Assembly (NCBI GenBank): GCA_964016885.1
Contig: OZ024763.1
Location: forward strand, 4,154,001 to 4,218,000
Source of the DNA: Eledone cirrhosa
Taxonomy: Eukaryota
DNA length: 64,000 bases
Direction of reading: 5' to 3'
The notes beneath the pieces were generated by a model, which made no database searches, was not told the DNA's origin, and was given only the letters and a program-made list of their open reading frames with translations. Of the stretch, positions 23,641 through 36,429 are shown piece after piece (position 1 is the first letter of the stretch; the number at the start of each line of letters is the position of its first letter). The translations under genes and the position numbers were made by a program.

Positions 23641-24531
23641 GATTTTCAAATAGTTTTGAAAATAATCAAGAATTCGGAGGGATTTAGTAATATAACCAAC
23701 TCTCATTAAGTTGGCTATTTTATTAGATTACGTTAGATTTTTTAGATATAAATATTTTATAACAAATTTCTTTTTATCATTGAAAGGCGTTTTCAGATAG
23801 ATTGGTGTCAAAGAGGTATTTGGTAACTTATCAAAGTATCTAAAATCAAATAGTGACTGTAGAATTTTAGATGGCTATAAACACTTTAAAAGAAACAGTT
23901 CATTACAATCAGGGGTGGTGACAGTTTACTATCAGCGTTAAGATGGTGTTTCGTACATAAGTTAACATAAAATTATTTGAATTTCTTTCTAGGTAGAATT
24001 CAAACTCAGAATGCAAATTGCAAAAACAAATATTTTAAGGCATCTAGGTAGAACATAATGCATAATTTGGAGATAGAATATATTGTCATGAATCTACCAA
24101 CCAAGAAACAAGATTTTTCAAGACAGGCAGACAACAAAAAGATTCAACGACATTACCAATCTGAGAGAGAGACAGAGGACATTTTGAAGCTGGTCTTTAA
24201 GATAGTCTACCAAGATAGGAGCTATATTGTCAAGGATCTACCAACTTTAAATAAGATCTTTTAGTACATGGAGGCTAGGAAAGATTCAACAGCAACTTTA
24301 GCTGTTTTATAGTTGTCCTTGTTGTTCACCATTTTTCTTTTCTTTTTTCCTCTCTCTGTTTTTTTTGGTTTCTTGATTGTAAGGGGTACTAGATACCTCT
24401 CCTAGTCTGTTATGGCTTACTAGCTCTATATAGCTGTGCTTCAGTCTAAATATATCATCCTGCTTACCACCTTACATGTGATAACCATGTAGCAGCTCTT
24501 ACACACTTTCAACACAGAATTTTTTTCTCAC

Positions 24532-26403
24532 CTTTGAAGAAAGCTCATCGTCATCAACCTCTGTATTATCACATTTCGTTGTTGCTGTATCACAGGTAAG
24601 CAAGTCACTCTGCAGTGCGCTGTCACTTTCAGAATTGGCCAGCCCATTTTTCCAAACTACACGCATTTTGTAAACATGCTTCTCGATGCTGTCAGCCAGA
24701 GAAAAGGATGGAGTATTCTTTGCTGTGTTTTCACTGTCTGAGCTGTTCAGTCCCTGTTCACGAATGATCTTTAATCTGGAATTGAAGGGGTTACCATAAA
24801 CAATTTTTCTACGAGGAGAACACACACGAGGAGAACACACACGTGTGTCAGAACTGGAATTGTTGTTATTACTGGTTGGTTGTTTGGTAGTAAGACAGTG
24901 TTTAGCACCACCAGCAGTGTAATTAATTAATAGATCTTCACTGTCTGAACTAGAACTGCCTGACTGCCTTTCACTCTGAGAATTTAAAATTTTGATTTGT
25001 GAAAGTTTCAGATCAGATTCCGATTCTGACGATGAAACTGACACTGCTACTGGTGATGAGGTGGCAAGCTGCTGCTGTTTTTGTTCAATATCCTGAGTAC
25101 TGGACAGTTTTCTTATTTTGCGTTTATGTCTGTTACTTCTGACTGTTTTTTTCCTACTGAGATCAGGGTCTGAATCAGAATCACAATTTGATTCAGAATT
25201 GGTGTCTTTCAGGATTTCTTTTTTAGACAAAGAGATTCTGAAAGGTTTCACTGTCCTCTTTTCCTTATCACATGTTGCTGTTTGATTCTTGGTCTCTTGC
25301 CATTTCATCAAATAATTGGATATCCGTTTCCTTCGAATATGTAAATCCTCAGCCTTGAAAGGACTTTTGCTATCAGAATCATCACTGATAATCATTTTCC
25401 TAATTCTCGCTAATTTTACACGCCCCCGTGAATTACTGGTATTATGGTTCCGTGACAAGCGCATTCTGATTGGACTGTTATTCGATTCAGATGTATCGCT
25501 TACGACCAGCAACCGTTTCACCTTCATCGGCGGAGTGAGGGCGCTATCAGAACTAATGTTGTCTGACACAGCAACATTGTTGTAACGACTATGACTTGGT
25601 GTGACCTCAATGTTCCTCGTAGCATTGTTCCCACCAACAGTCACATCCTGACTATCGCTGGAAAGCAGTGAGAAGGGCATATTTTTGAAATGTGGTTTCG
25701 TAACCACCACCGACTCATCTGTATCTTGCAACATGTCATCTTCACTCTGTGGAATCAGAATATCACTGCTGTCATCTAGAACAGACTGAAGCACCTCAAA
25801 AGCTGACAGCCTCTTCTCCGGTTTTGTTGGCTTATCTTTTGTGCAACGTTGCTGAGAGGGCGATGAATGGGGTTCCTTTTCCTCAGACAGGTTTAAACCA
25901 CTACCTTTGCTGTCATTACAAAATGTGTTAGTAGCGGTAGCACTCTCTGCTACTGCTGCAGTGGTGGTGGTGGTGGTGGTAGAGAATTGGTTCTTAGATC
26001 TTTTCTGGATAGTTGCCAGTTCATTCTGAGTTGGTTTGGAAATCACTCGAATATGTCTTTTGGAATCATTAACACCGATGATCAGCATCTTCACAGTATC
26101 ATTGACAGGATCTGACAAAAGGCAATCCTTACCACTGTCAACACCTTTCTCTCCGTCACCCTCACAACCCTCACCACTGTCAACACTTTCCTCTCTGTCG
26201 CCATCACAATCACCATCAGCATTATTATTATTATTATTAATAAAAGGCTTTACATCCTTCTGCAAGTGCTCATCATCAACAGTATCCAACTTCTCGTAAC
26301 CGCTATCTAATATCTCTACTTTGATATTAATGTTGCTAATGTCTGTTGTTTGGGATGATTTCGGTGATGTCTCTTGAAGCCGAGGCTTTCCATCTTTCTT
26401 TTG
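24532..26403 (-). CDS. HIRIP3: HIRIP3-like exon 3, 1872 nt, low-complexity Ser/Asp/Lys-rich region
   Basis: Acceptor ttttcttctag|CAA AAG AAA GAT in frame with the 596-aa ORF; donor TCA AAG|gtgaga, phase 0 (alternative GTAAG at 24502). Confidence 0.85.
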
Positions 26404-27976
26404 CTAGAAGAAAAATAAAAGAAAAGAAAATAATAATTAATAAATAATTTTAATGCTTTTGATACTAACCTGTCCTTAACCCCATTCCACCCCAATTCCA
26501 TGAAACAAAACTGCCCGTTTTAAAGTACTTGATTTAAATATAAACCTATTTTCTAAATTCTACATAGGAAATGTTTATGTAATGTTATGTTGCTTTGAAG
26601 AGCAGCTTCATAACAAAGTGGAATTTCTGTTTCATAATATAAAACTCCATTTTACAGTATTTCTATTTCACTATATCATCATCATCCTCGTTTAACGTCC
26701 ATGTTCCACGCTTGCATGGGTTTGGACGGGAGTTTTCCCACTTGAGGCAAGAGTGGTTGTCTTGCTCGCATAGGACTGTCTGGCGGGTTTTCTACAGCTG
26801 GATGCCCTTCCTAACACCAACCACATTTAGAATATATATATATATCGGATAGAATGCTTTGCGGTATTCATTCCAGCTCTCCGAGTTCAAATCCCACTGA
26901 GGTCAACTTTGCCTTTCATTCTTTCGAGGTTGATAAAAAATGTACCAGTCTCGTACTGGGGTTGATTCTTCCTCTATATCTCTTTCTCATTTCCTCTCTC
27001 TCACTCTCTATCTTTCTCTGAAAGAAATCTGTTCTACTCAGACCTGGAGAGGGGTGGACGCCACCAAGTTTAAAATGCCCAAGATATATTCATAAAGTAA
27101 ATGGATGAACTGAGTGCAAGGAAGCTGTTAAAACAGCAAAATGCCATCAATGGCGTTGTCAGGTAAAAATTACTTCAAAGGATAGAAATCAGTGGCTAGA
27201 GGTGAGTTAGCTCATAGAAGAAATTGGAAGAAATGAGAAAGGGATAAAATAGACGAAAGGGGATCTCACGAATATTAAATTTTCTCCTCAGCTTTTAGAC
27301 CGCCTGTGGTTTCGATGATTTAACTAAAAGGACCACGTAAGATAGATGGCTCATAACAACAGAGAAATAAATATCTCTGTTGGTAGAATGTTTGTGGGAG
27401 AAACAAATAGACTGATAGGCAGGCAGGGAGAGAGAGAGAGAAGAATGAAGTGTGTCCACTCGGCTTCGAGTCTCTGTAAGAAAGGGGAGAACAATGGCTC
27501 TCTAAGCGGAAGTGACGTGTATGAGTGGCGACTAGGCGAAGGGAGAAAGAAAGAAAAGAAGCAGTAAGAGGAAGGGAAGAGCGAGCGAGGAGGGAGAGAA
27601 AGAATGAAAGAAAGGGTAAGAAAGGAAGAGGGGAGAAAAAGACCAACAAACCTCAGGGATGGTATCAGTCCGAAATAGAAAGCTATGATAGCTATGATAA
27701 ATGTAAACAATTGTATCTCGAATATTGAGTTTGAAACACAAGTGTATTTTAAGAATATTTATTTACTTTAGTGGCTTACAGTAAAGTAAATAAATATTCT
27801 TAAAAGACTCCAGTTGCATTTTCAATTTATTTTCCTTATATTTCTACCCGTGTGGGACAAACCTCACTTTCTTATACATATGTATATATATATATATATA
27901 TATATAAATAACAAAGAAGTGTTGTGAGATACCAAGTGGACAATAACGCACCAGAGTACTCAACACTTAGTCTTTT

Positions 27977-28028
<52 letters not shown>

Positions 28029-28260
28029 AAATAAATAAATTTAAAAAATAATAAACCTCAATCCCTAATCCGCAAACAAAACAAACAACCCCAGCAAATC
28101 AAAGAAAAAAACACACGGACGTTCACGCACACACATACAGACATGCACACAGACATTCACACATGCACACAGAGACACATACATGCACAAATACACACAC
28201 AGACATTCACACAAAGACGTACACACAAAGACAAAGAAAGCAATTCCAGAGCCAACTTAC

Positions 28261-28393
28261 ATCTTTTCCAACGTTGAATTCAAAGAGTAATTTAATAATA
28301 ACATCTGAAAGAACCTTTTTTAATTCTTTTTCCAGATAATTTCTGTTGGAATGTTTAAGGTATTTTGATCTCACTATCTTCTTGGTTAACAAA
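28261..28393 (-). CDS. HIRIP3: HIRIP3-like exon 2
   Basis: ttttgtag|T TTG TTA...AAA GAT|gtaagt, phase 2 to 0; LLTKKIVRSKYLKHSNRNYLEKELKKVL versus recalled human TLTHSIVRRRYLAHSGRSHLEPEEKQAL. Confidence 0.9.
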
Positions 28394-28603
28394 CTACAAA
28401 ATATAATAAAATATATTAAAGAATATTGGCAAATATCACTGAGGGTATTACATGGCTGTGAGGTGAGCAGTAGCCCAAAGAGTTTGAGAAATGAGGTGTC
28501 CTGCTCAAGAACACAATGCATCACTCGGTCAAGGAATGAAAGCTATGAACTTATTATTACAAGTCCCATACTGTAACCACTCAGCCACACATAGGTACTA
28601 TAT

Positions 28604-29030
28604 TAACCCTTTAGCATTTACATTATTGTATTTTCACAGGAAAGGCTTTACCTTACATAATTATCTCACATAATATCGAATCTAAGATTTTGATATTATT
28701 TATTTTCAGAACAATACTTTAACCCTTTAGTATTTAAACTGGCCAAATCCAACCAGAATTTTCTCACTTCTTTCTGTTCAAACTGGCTGAAACTGGCCAC
28801 TCATACTGATGTTAAGGTATCATTTTCAAAATAAATAATATCAAAATCTCATAGATTCGATATTATATGAGATAAAGTGTTTACTGTGAAAATACAATAG
28901 TAAATATAGAGTAATGGAAATACTAAACGGTTAATGTAAGTATGCGTGGCCAGCTACAGCCAGTTTGAACAGAAAGAGATAAGAGAGTTCTGGGCGGACA
29001 CGGCCGGTTTAAATGCTAAAGGGTTAGGGT
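28604..29030. mobile_element. Nested TTAA-CCC MITEs (piggyBac-like termini)
   Basis: TTAACCCTTTAGYATTTA...TAAATGCTAAAGGGTTA terminal inverted repeats; related pieces at 20728-20960, 47097-47250 and 62833-63060. Confidence 0.7.
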
Positions 29031-29836
29031 TAATTTAATTGACAACTGAACCCCCTCTCCTCCTATGTGTGAGGCTTTGTGCCATAGTAAGGAGTTACGA
29101 TTGTAAAAACAGGAAAAAACATGACGTGAATTCCACCAACATTTCTATAATTCCAAGATTACTGGAGGTAACCATGACAACATGAGAGTTCTATAAAACA
29201 ATGTGTGTATGAGTGTAGGAGAGTGTGAGTGTATGTATGAGTTTGGGATGGCATCAGTGTGTGAGTATATATGTTTATGAGTGTGGGAGGGCTTGAGTGT
29301 GTGTATGAAAGGGTGTGTGGTTGAGCGTGCGAGCGGGTGAGTGTGCGAGTGGGCATGAGGGCACGTGAACGTGCATTATAAGAGGGAGTATGGATTAGCA
29401 GTATGGGTAGAGTGTCAGACACCATGCTTTGCAGCATAGAGCTATGGCCCTTTACGTTCCAAGTTCAAATCCCGCCAAGATTAGCTTTGCCTTTCATCTT
29501 TACGGTGGTCAATAAAATAAAGTACCAGTAATGCACTGGAGTAATTGCTGGCCTTGTGCCAAAAGCAGAAACAATTACAAGAGGGAGTGTGAGTGGAATC
29601 AGAGCATTGGACAAAATGTTTTGTTACAGGCCTTCATGTTCTGAGTTCAAATCCTGCTGAAGTCAACTTTCCTTTTCATCCTTTCCAAGGTTGTTAAATA
29701 AAGTACCAGTTAAATACTGGTGTCGTTATAATCAACAGTAAGTAGAGTCATTAGAACATTGGGTGGAATGTTCTACAGTGATTGTGGCAACTAACGTTCC
29801 CTTTCATACTTTTGAGGTCAACAAAATAAGTAGGAG

Positions 29837-31440
29837 CCCAGAACGGGGGATCAAATCTTCATCTCCTGCTCTCTCCCAGAACGGGGGATCAAATCTTCAT
29901 CTCTTGCTCTCTCCCAGAACGGGGGATCAAATCTTCATCTCTTGCTCTCTCCCAGAACGGGGGATCAAATCTTCATCTCTTGCTCTCCCTGAACGGGGGA
30001 TCAAATCTTCATCTCTTGCTCTCCCAGAACGGGGGATCAAATCTTCATCTCTTGCTCTCCCAGAACGGGGGATCAAATCTTCATCTCTTGCTCTCCCAGA
30101 ACGGGGGATCAAATCTTCATCTCTTGCTCTCCCAGAACGGGGGATCAAATCTTCATCTCTTGCTCTCCCAGAACGGGGGATCAAATCTTCATTTCTTGCT
30201 CTCCCAGAACGGGGGATCAAATCTTCATCTCTTGCTCTCCCAGAACGGGGGATCAAATCTTCATTTCTTGCTCTCCCAGAACGGGGGATCAAATCTTCAT
30301 CTCTTGCTCTCCCAGAACGGGGGATCAAATCTTCATCTCTTGCTCTCCCAGAACGCCAGAACGGGGGATCAAATCTTCATCTCTTGCTCTCCCAGAACGG
30401 GGGATCAAATCTTCATCTCTTGCTCTCCCAGAACGGGGGATCAAATCTTCATCTCTTGCTCTCCCAGAACGGGGGATCAAATCTTCATTTCTTGCTCTCC
30501 CAGAACGGGGGATCAAATCTTCATCTCTTGCTCTCCCAGAACGGGGGATCAAATCTTCATCTCTTGCTCTCCCAGAACGGGGGATCAAATCTTCATTTCT
30601 TGCTCTCCCAGAACGGGGGATCAAATCTTCATCTCTTGCTCTCCCAGAACGGGGGATCAAATCTTCATTTCTTGCTCTCCCAGAACGGGGGATCAAATCT
30701 TCATCTCTTGCTCTCCCAGAACGGGGGATCAAATCTTCATCTCTTGCTCTCCCAGAACGGGGGATCAAATCTTCATTTCTTGCTCTCCCAGAACGGGGGA
30801 TCAAATCTTCATTTCTTGCTCTCCCAGAACGGGGGATCAAATCTTCATCTCTTGCTCTCCCAGAACGGGGGATCAAATCTTCATCTCTTGCTCTCCCAGA
30901 ACGGGGGATCAAATCTTCATCTCTTGCTCTCCCAGAACGGGGGATCAAATCTTCATTTCTTGCTCTCCCAGAACGGGGGATCAAATCTTCATCTCTTGCT
31001 CTCCCAGAACGGGGGATCAAATCTTCATCTCTTGCTCTCTCCCAGAACGGGGGATCAAATCTTCATCTCTTACTCTCCCAGAACGGGGGATCAAATCTTC
31101 ATCTCTTGCTCTCCCAGAACGGGGGATCAAATCTTCATCTCTTGCTCTCCCAGAACGGGGGATCAAATCTTCATCTCTTGCTCTCCCAGAACGGGGGATC
31201 AAATCTTCATCTCTTGCTCTCCCAGAACGGGGGATCAAATCTTCATCTCTTGCTCTCCCAGAACGGGGGATCAAATCTTCATCTCTTACTCTCCCAGAAC
31301 GGGGGATCAAATCTTCATCTCTTACTCTCCCAGAACGGGGGATCAAATCTTCATCTCTTGCTCTCCCAGAACGGGGGATCAAATCTTCATCTCTTGCTCT
31401 CCCAGAACAGGGGATCAAATCTTCATCTCTTGCTCTCTCC
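29837..31440. repeat. Minisatellite, 36-bp unit, about 44 copies
   Basis: Unit CCCAGAACGGGGGATCAAATCTTCATCTCTTGCTCT; source of the 579-aa and 495-aa repetitive ORFs. Confidence 0.97.
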
Positions 31441-32034
31441 TTCACTGGAAGAAATCAACTGTGTTAATATCTGGAGAGGGGAGGGGCTCTGCCATGTTTT
31501 AAGGGCCAAAGATGGTGCCTCTATGACTCCAGAAGATACGGGACCATCAATACATTTGGCTGGTTACCCATGTGGTTGCACGTTATATAAAGATTTTTGA
31601 GTTTAATGACCCCCCCCAGCCACCTATATATGACCCCCACCCCCCCACCCACCTATATATGACCCCCCCCCAGCCACCTATATATGACCATCAATACATT
31701 TGGCTGGTTACCCATGTGGTTGCACGTTATATAAAGATTTTTGAGTTTAATGACCCCCCCCCCCAGCCTCCTATATATGTATATCATGACTCATACACTA
31801 TTCACTTACCTGACATTTGTATATTATTCTATGTAATATATACTATACACGCAACTTTGACGACTTGTAATGCACCAGAGCACTTTACACAATAATTTCA
31901 TTATTATTATATAACTTCCATTGTTGACTGTTTCTCATTATATACACTATTGTTGCTTTCTCTCTCTGAATGTATGTATATATATATATATATATACATG
32001 TTTTCTATACCTTTCATTTATATATATATATATA

Positions 32035-32381
32035 TATATATGAATATAGACATAGAATATTCGAAAATATTCTGTATGTTTATAATAAACATTTTGAAGA
32101 CCTAATCGCTATAGAATAGAATACGTCACGTATTACAATTAGATTCTCGATAAAAGCAAGGGATATAAGTCTCTAGCTGTGTCATTCTCGATAAAAGCAC
32201 TGGATATGTGGTCCTGAAGATTTCTAACAAGAATGAAACGCGTAGATTACTTCCCTTGCTTTTATCGAGAATCTAATTGTAATACGTGACGTATTCTATT
32301 CTATAGCGATTAGGTCTTCAAAATGTTTATTATAAACATACAGAATATTTTCGAATATTCTATGTCTATATTCACATATAT
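32035..32381. repeat. Long inverted repeat (arms about 123 bp, essentially perfect) with an 88-nt spacer
   Basis: 32041-32163 is the reverse complement of 32252-32374. Confidence 0.95.
32208..32250 (+). ncRNA. Minimal type I hammerhead ribozyme motif in the palindrome spacer
   Basis: GUGGUC-CUGAAGA-UUUCU-AACA-AGAAU-GAAA-CGCG-UA-GAUUAC: 6-bp stem I, 4-bp stem II behind a U-U pair, palindromic stem III. Confidence 0.75.
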
Positions 32382-32624
32382 ATCGCTATTTCAGAGCATT
32401 TATTCCAATATATATATATATATATATATATACATACTTATAAATAACTTATTTTGAACTGTTTCTCAATGCATTGTTGTTGCATTCTCAGTGAATGTAT
32501 ATACACATGCACATGCACACACAGGCACATAGTTTAGTGGTTTGAGCATTGGGCTTGCAATCGAAAGGTTGTGAGTTCAATTCTCGGACCGGGTGATGTG
32601 TGTTTTATATGTGTGATATGTGTT

Positions 32625-32718
32625 TTATATACATATATACACACACACATATATATATATATATACACACACACACATATATATATACACACACACACAT
32701 ATATATATACACACACAC

Positions 32719-32749
<31 letters not shown>

Positions 32750-32794
32750 TATACACATACACACATATATACACATATATATATATACACACAC

Positions 32795-32831
<37 letters not shown>

Positions 32832-32862
32832 TATATATATAAATATATATATATACACACAC

Positions 32863-32895
<33 letters not shown>

Positions 32896-33106
32896 TATAT
32901 ATATACATATATATATATACACACATATATATATATATACACACATATATATATATATACACACATATATATACACATATATATATATATACACACACAT
33001 ATACACACACACACATACACACACACACACATATATATATACACACATACACAAATATATGTACACACACGTACACACACACACATAAATATATGTACAC
33101 ACACAC

Positions 33107-33139
<33 letters not shown>

Positions 33140-33218
33140 TCATCATCATCACCATTTCCATGCGAGTATGAGGAAAGTTGGTCAGTAAATGATAATGATA
33201 TGTCTATATATGTGTGTG

Positions 33219-33250
<32 letters not shown>

Positions 33251-33340
33251 TATATATACACACACATATATAGACATATCATTATCATTTACTGACCAAC
33301 TTTCCTCATACTCGCATGGCGATGGTGATGATGATGTATG
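32625..33340. repeat. Compound (TA)n/(CA)n microsatellite ending in an inverted repeat (33138-33337)
   Basis: Direct inspection; CATGCGAGTATGAGGAAAGTTGGTCAGTAAATGATAATGATATGTC and its reverse complement. Confidence 0.9.
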
Positions 33341-34254
33341 TGCACTCAATACACACCACGCCTAGATTTGCACAATGTTGTTTATCAACTAAATAGATAT
33401 ATCTATTTTCATTTTATCATGGAGTGGTAGTGAAGGTAGTGCTGGGGGAAGGTCTATGAACAATAGTGTCACCAATGTTTACAGGTATCCAGTGAGCCAA
33501 GGTAGTCATGTGCACACATAGTACTGCATTATTATTGTTGTTGTTGTTTAGCTCCAGGTGAACTCTGACCAGGTGTATGATCAAAGGCATTCTATTCTAC
33601 CTTTGATAATTCCGTCTTTCCCAAAGAAGCCTACCACCCAGAATAACATTATCTAATTGGTTACAGGGTCGATAAAATATAGTACCAGTAATGCACTGGG
33701 ACAATTGCTGGGTTTGTACCAAAAGTAGAAACAATTATATAATTGGTTCTATTTATAAGAAGACTGCGTGATTTGAGGGAGATTTGACTGCTATTTCTAC
33801 CAGGTTAAGCGACCACAGACTGGCTCAGAATAACAATATCCAATGAATTGTATTTTGTAAGAAAAGAAGTTTACACATTCATGTGTGTGTGTGTGCATAT
33901 ATATATATATATATATTATCATCATCATCACCATTTTACGTCCGTTCTTCCACGCTAGCATGGGTTAGACGGGTTGTCCTGTTGTGGGCAGTGTCTGGTC
34001 GGCTGACCATGCCTTGCTCATACAGGAACTGATTTGGCTTGATTTCTACAGCTGGATGCCCTTCCTAACACCAACCTCATTTACAGTGTGGGCTGGGTGC
34101 TTTTTCGTGGCGCCTACACGTCCACTTTACAGTGTGGGCTGGGTGCTTTTTTGCCGTGGCACCTCCACGACCACCTTGCAGTGGGGGGTGTGGGGGGCAT
34201 ATTGCCTATATGCTTCAGCTTGTAATGTATATATATATATATATACACGTTTTC

Positions 34255-34301
<47 letters not shown>

Positions 34302-34336
34302 GGAATGTGTAAACTAAGAAAAAAAGTTTACACATT

Positions 34337-34456
<120 letters not shown>

Positions 34457-36429
34457 CATATATATATATACATGTAATAATAAATAATTAACGAAGGTCA
34501 TTGAAACTATTTCAACAGTCGTTGGTCAACGTCTCTAGCACATTCAGTGAATCAAAGATATTTTCGTTTTCTTATTTCAAACTATTATCAGCAGCAACCC
34601 CTACATCACCGTCTTATTTATATAATTGTTTCCACTTTAGGCACAAGGCCAGCAAATACCCAGTGCATTACTGGTACTTTATTTTATCGACCCCGTAAGG
34701 ATGAAAGGCAAAGTTAACCTCGGCGGGATTTGAACTCAGATCGTAAAGAGACGTAACTATGCTGGAAAGCATGGCGTCCGACCCTCTACCGATACTGCCA
34801 ATCCACCATATAATGTACACATTACTATGGTTCCATGCAGCTGTGCTACCAATTTACAGCCAGGTAGATTGTTAACAAAGAATATGAACTGCTGACCCTT
34901 TGGGTGGCAGTCTGGTCCACTCCCATCCCCACTTCTATTCCGCTGACAGTTAACAGACCTTAAATATTGCAGTGGGACGTCTGGAGATGGGGTGGAAAGT
35001 TAGAGACTAGGTAGGGACACAAACGGAAGGGGAATAATTCAACAAACAGCAATTCCCAGTCATATGACTGCGGCTCTGCTGGAGCATCAATATAAAGTGA
35101 TTTAGTCAATAATAGCGACTCCAGAACATATTTTTGTAAATTATTATAATTATAATAACCTCGGAGAAGAGTTTTACCGTGTTCTCGAGTGGAGGAACCA
35201 CCCAAAATCAAAAGAAAACAACACACACAAAAAAAAACACGACTAATATACGACGGTTTTGGAGGCCAAAATTGTTCAAAAATATAACGTCTAGAATAGC
35301 GAACATATGTAAGGGAGGTAATTTGAAAAAAGGTTTTTCGAAATGAGTACCTATGTTAACTATATATGTGTATATATAGGTGTTAACTCATAAAAAAAAA
35401 ACGTACGAAACTATCACCGTCATCACCACCATTACTATATTTTGCTTTAGAAAATAATAATTCTCGAGTCACTTGTAGCAAAATATTTAGGAAAAAATAC
35501 AAACTGACGATAACTAATTGGGAGATAATTTCAGTTAAAAATCCCGAGAGTAGCTTCCCTGGTTTATGTATTTATTTTTCTTAACTTTTAATATTGATTC
35601 TCTTAGTTGTTTTTGGTATTATGTGGGGCTAGATCTGCCTGCAACAATTTTCCATTTCTCAAGCTGTCTAAACGTGTTATTACTCGATGAAGTAACATTT
35701 TATTCACGTTTATAATAACATATATATAATGACACAATGCTTAGAGGAAAGTCATAAAAATCACTTATATCAACACAAGAATGAAAATATAAACAGAGCA
35801 TATAAATAAATTTACAGTAGAATAACATAACAAATATGTTTTAAATATATACATAAATAACATTACAAATGCCTCGGTAACACTACAAAGGATGATATAA
35901 TTGTTTCTACTTTAGGCACAAGGCCAGCAATTACCCAGTGCATTACAAGTTAACCTCGGCGGTATTTGAACTCAGATCGTAAAGAGACGTAACTATGCTG
36001 GAAAGCATGGCGTCCGACCCTCTACCGATACTGCCAATCAATGAAAGATATATTCCTTCAATGCTACAATATTAAAGAAAATGTAAAAGAAGGGGTGAAC
36101 AACGGAGCCAACACCAGGGCAAAGACAGCAATGCCGCGAGTACTGGGCAAGCTCTCTAATGATATAAGTGATTTTATGACTTTCCTCTAAGCATTGTGTC
36201 ATTATATATGTTATAAGGCCCGACCTTATGGAGTGCTTTGCTACTCATTCCTAATTCTAGGTCGTCAGCTTGGCCACAGCCAAAGCTTCGATTTTACTAA
36301 GCTTCCACTTGTATGTATATATTTCTACCAACCTTATACTACTGCGTGCGTGTACTGTAGTATAAGTTTGGTAGAAATATGCAAAGGTAAGAGCACTGTC
36401 TATAGGACAAGTTAAGTATAATTAGTTAC

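Noticed and set aside
26316-26501. ATG near 26393 as the start of the large-exon protein
   Set aside because: Out of frame with the long ORF and stops at 26316; upstream exons supply the start
29763-31600. 579-aa, 495-aa and overlapping repetitive ORFs
   Set aside because: The 36-bp unit is stop-free in several frames; frame switches follow 2-bp slips
32534-33288. YI/HT/CV-rich ORFs here and at 2.8-3.4, 7.1-7.5, 34.1-34.5 and 58.6-59.1 kb
   Set aside because: Microsatellite translations
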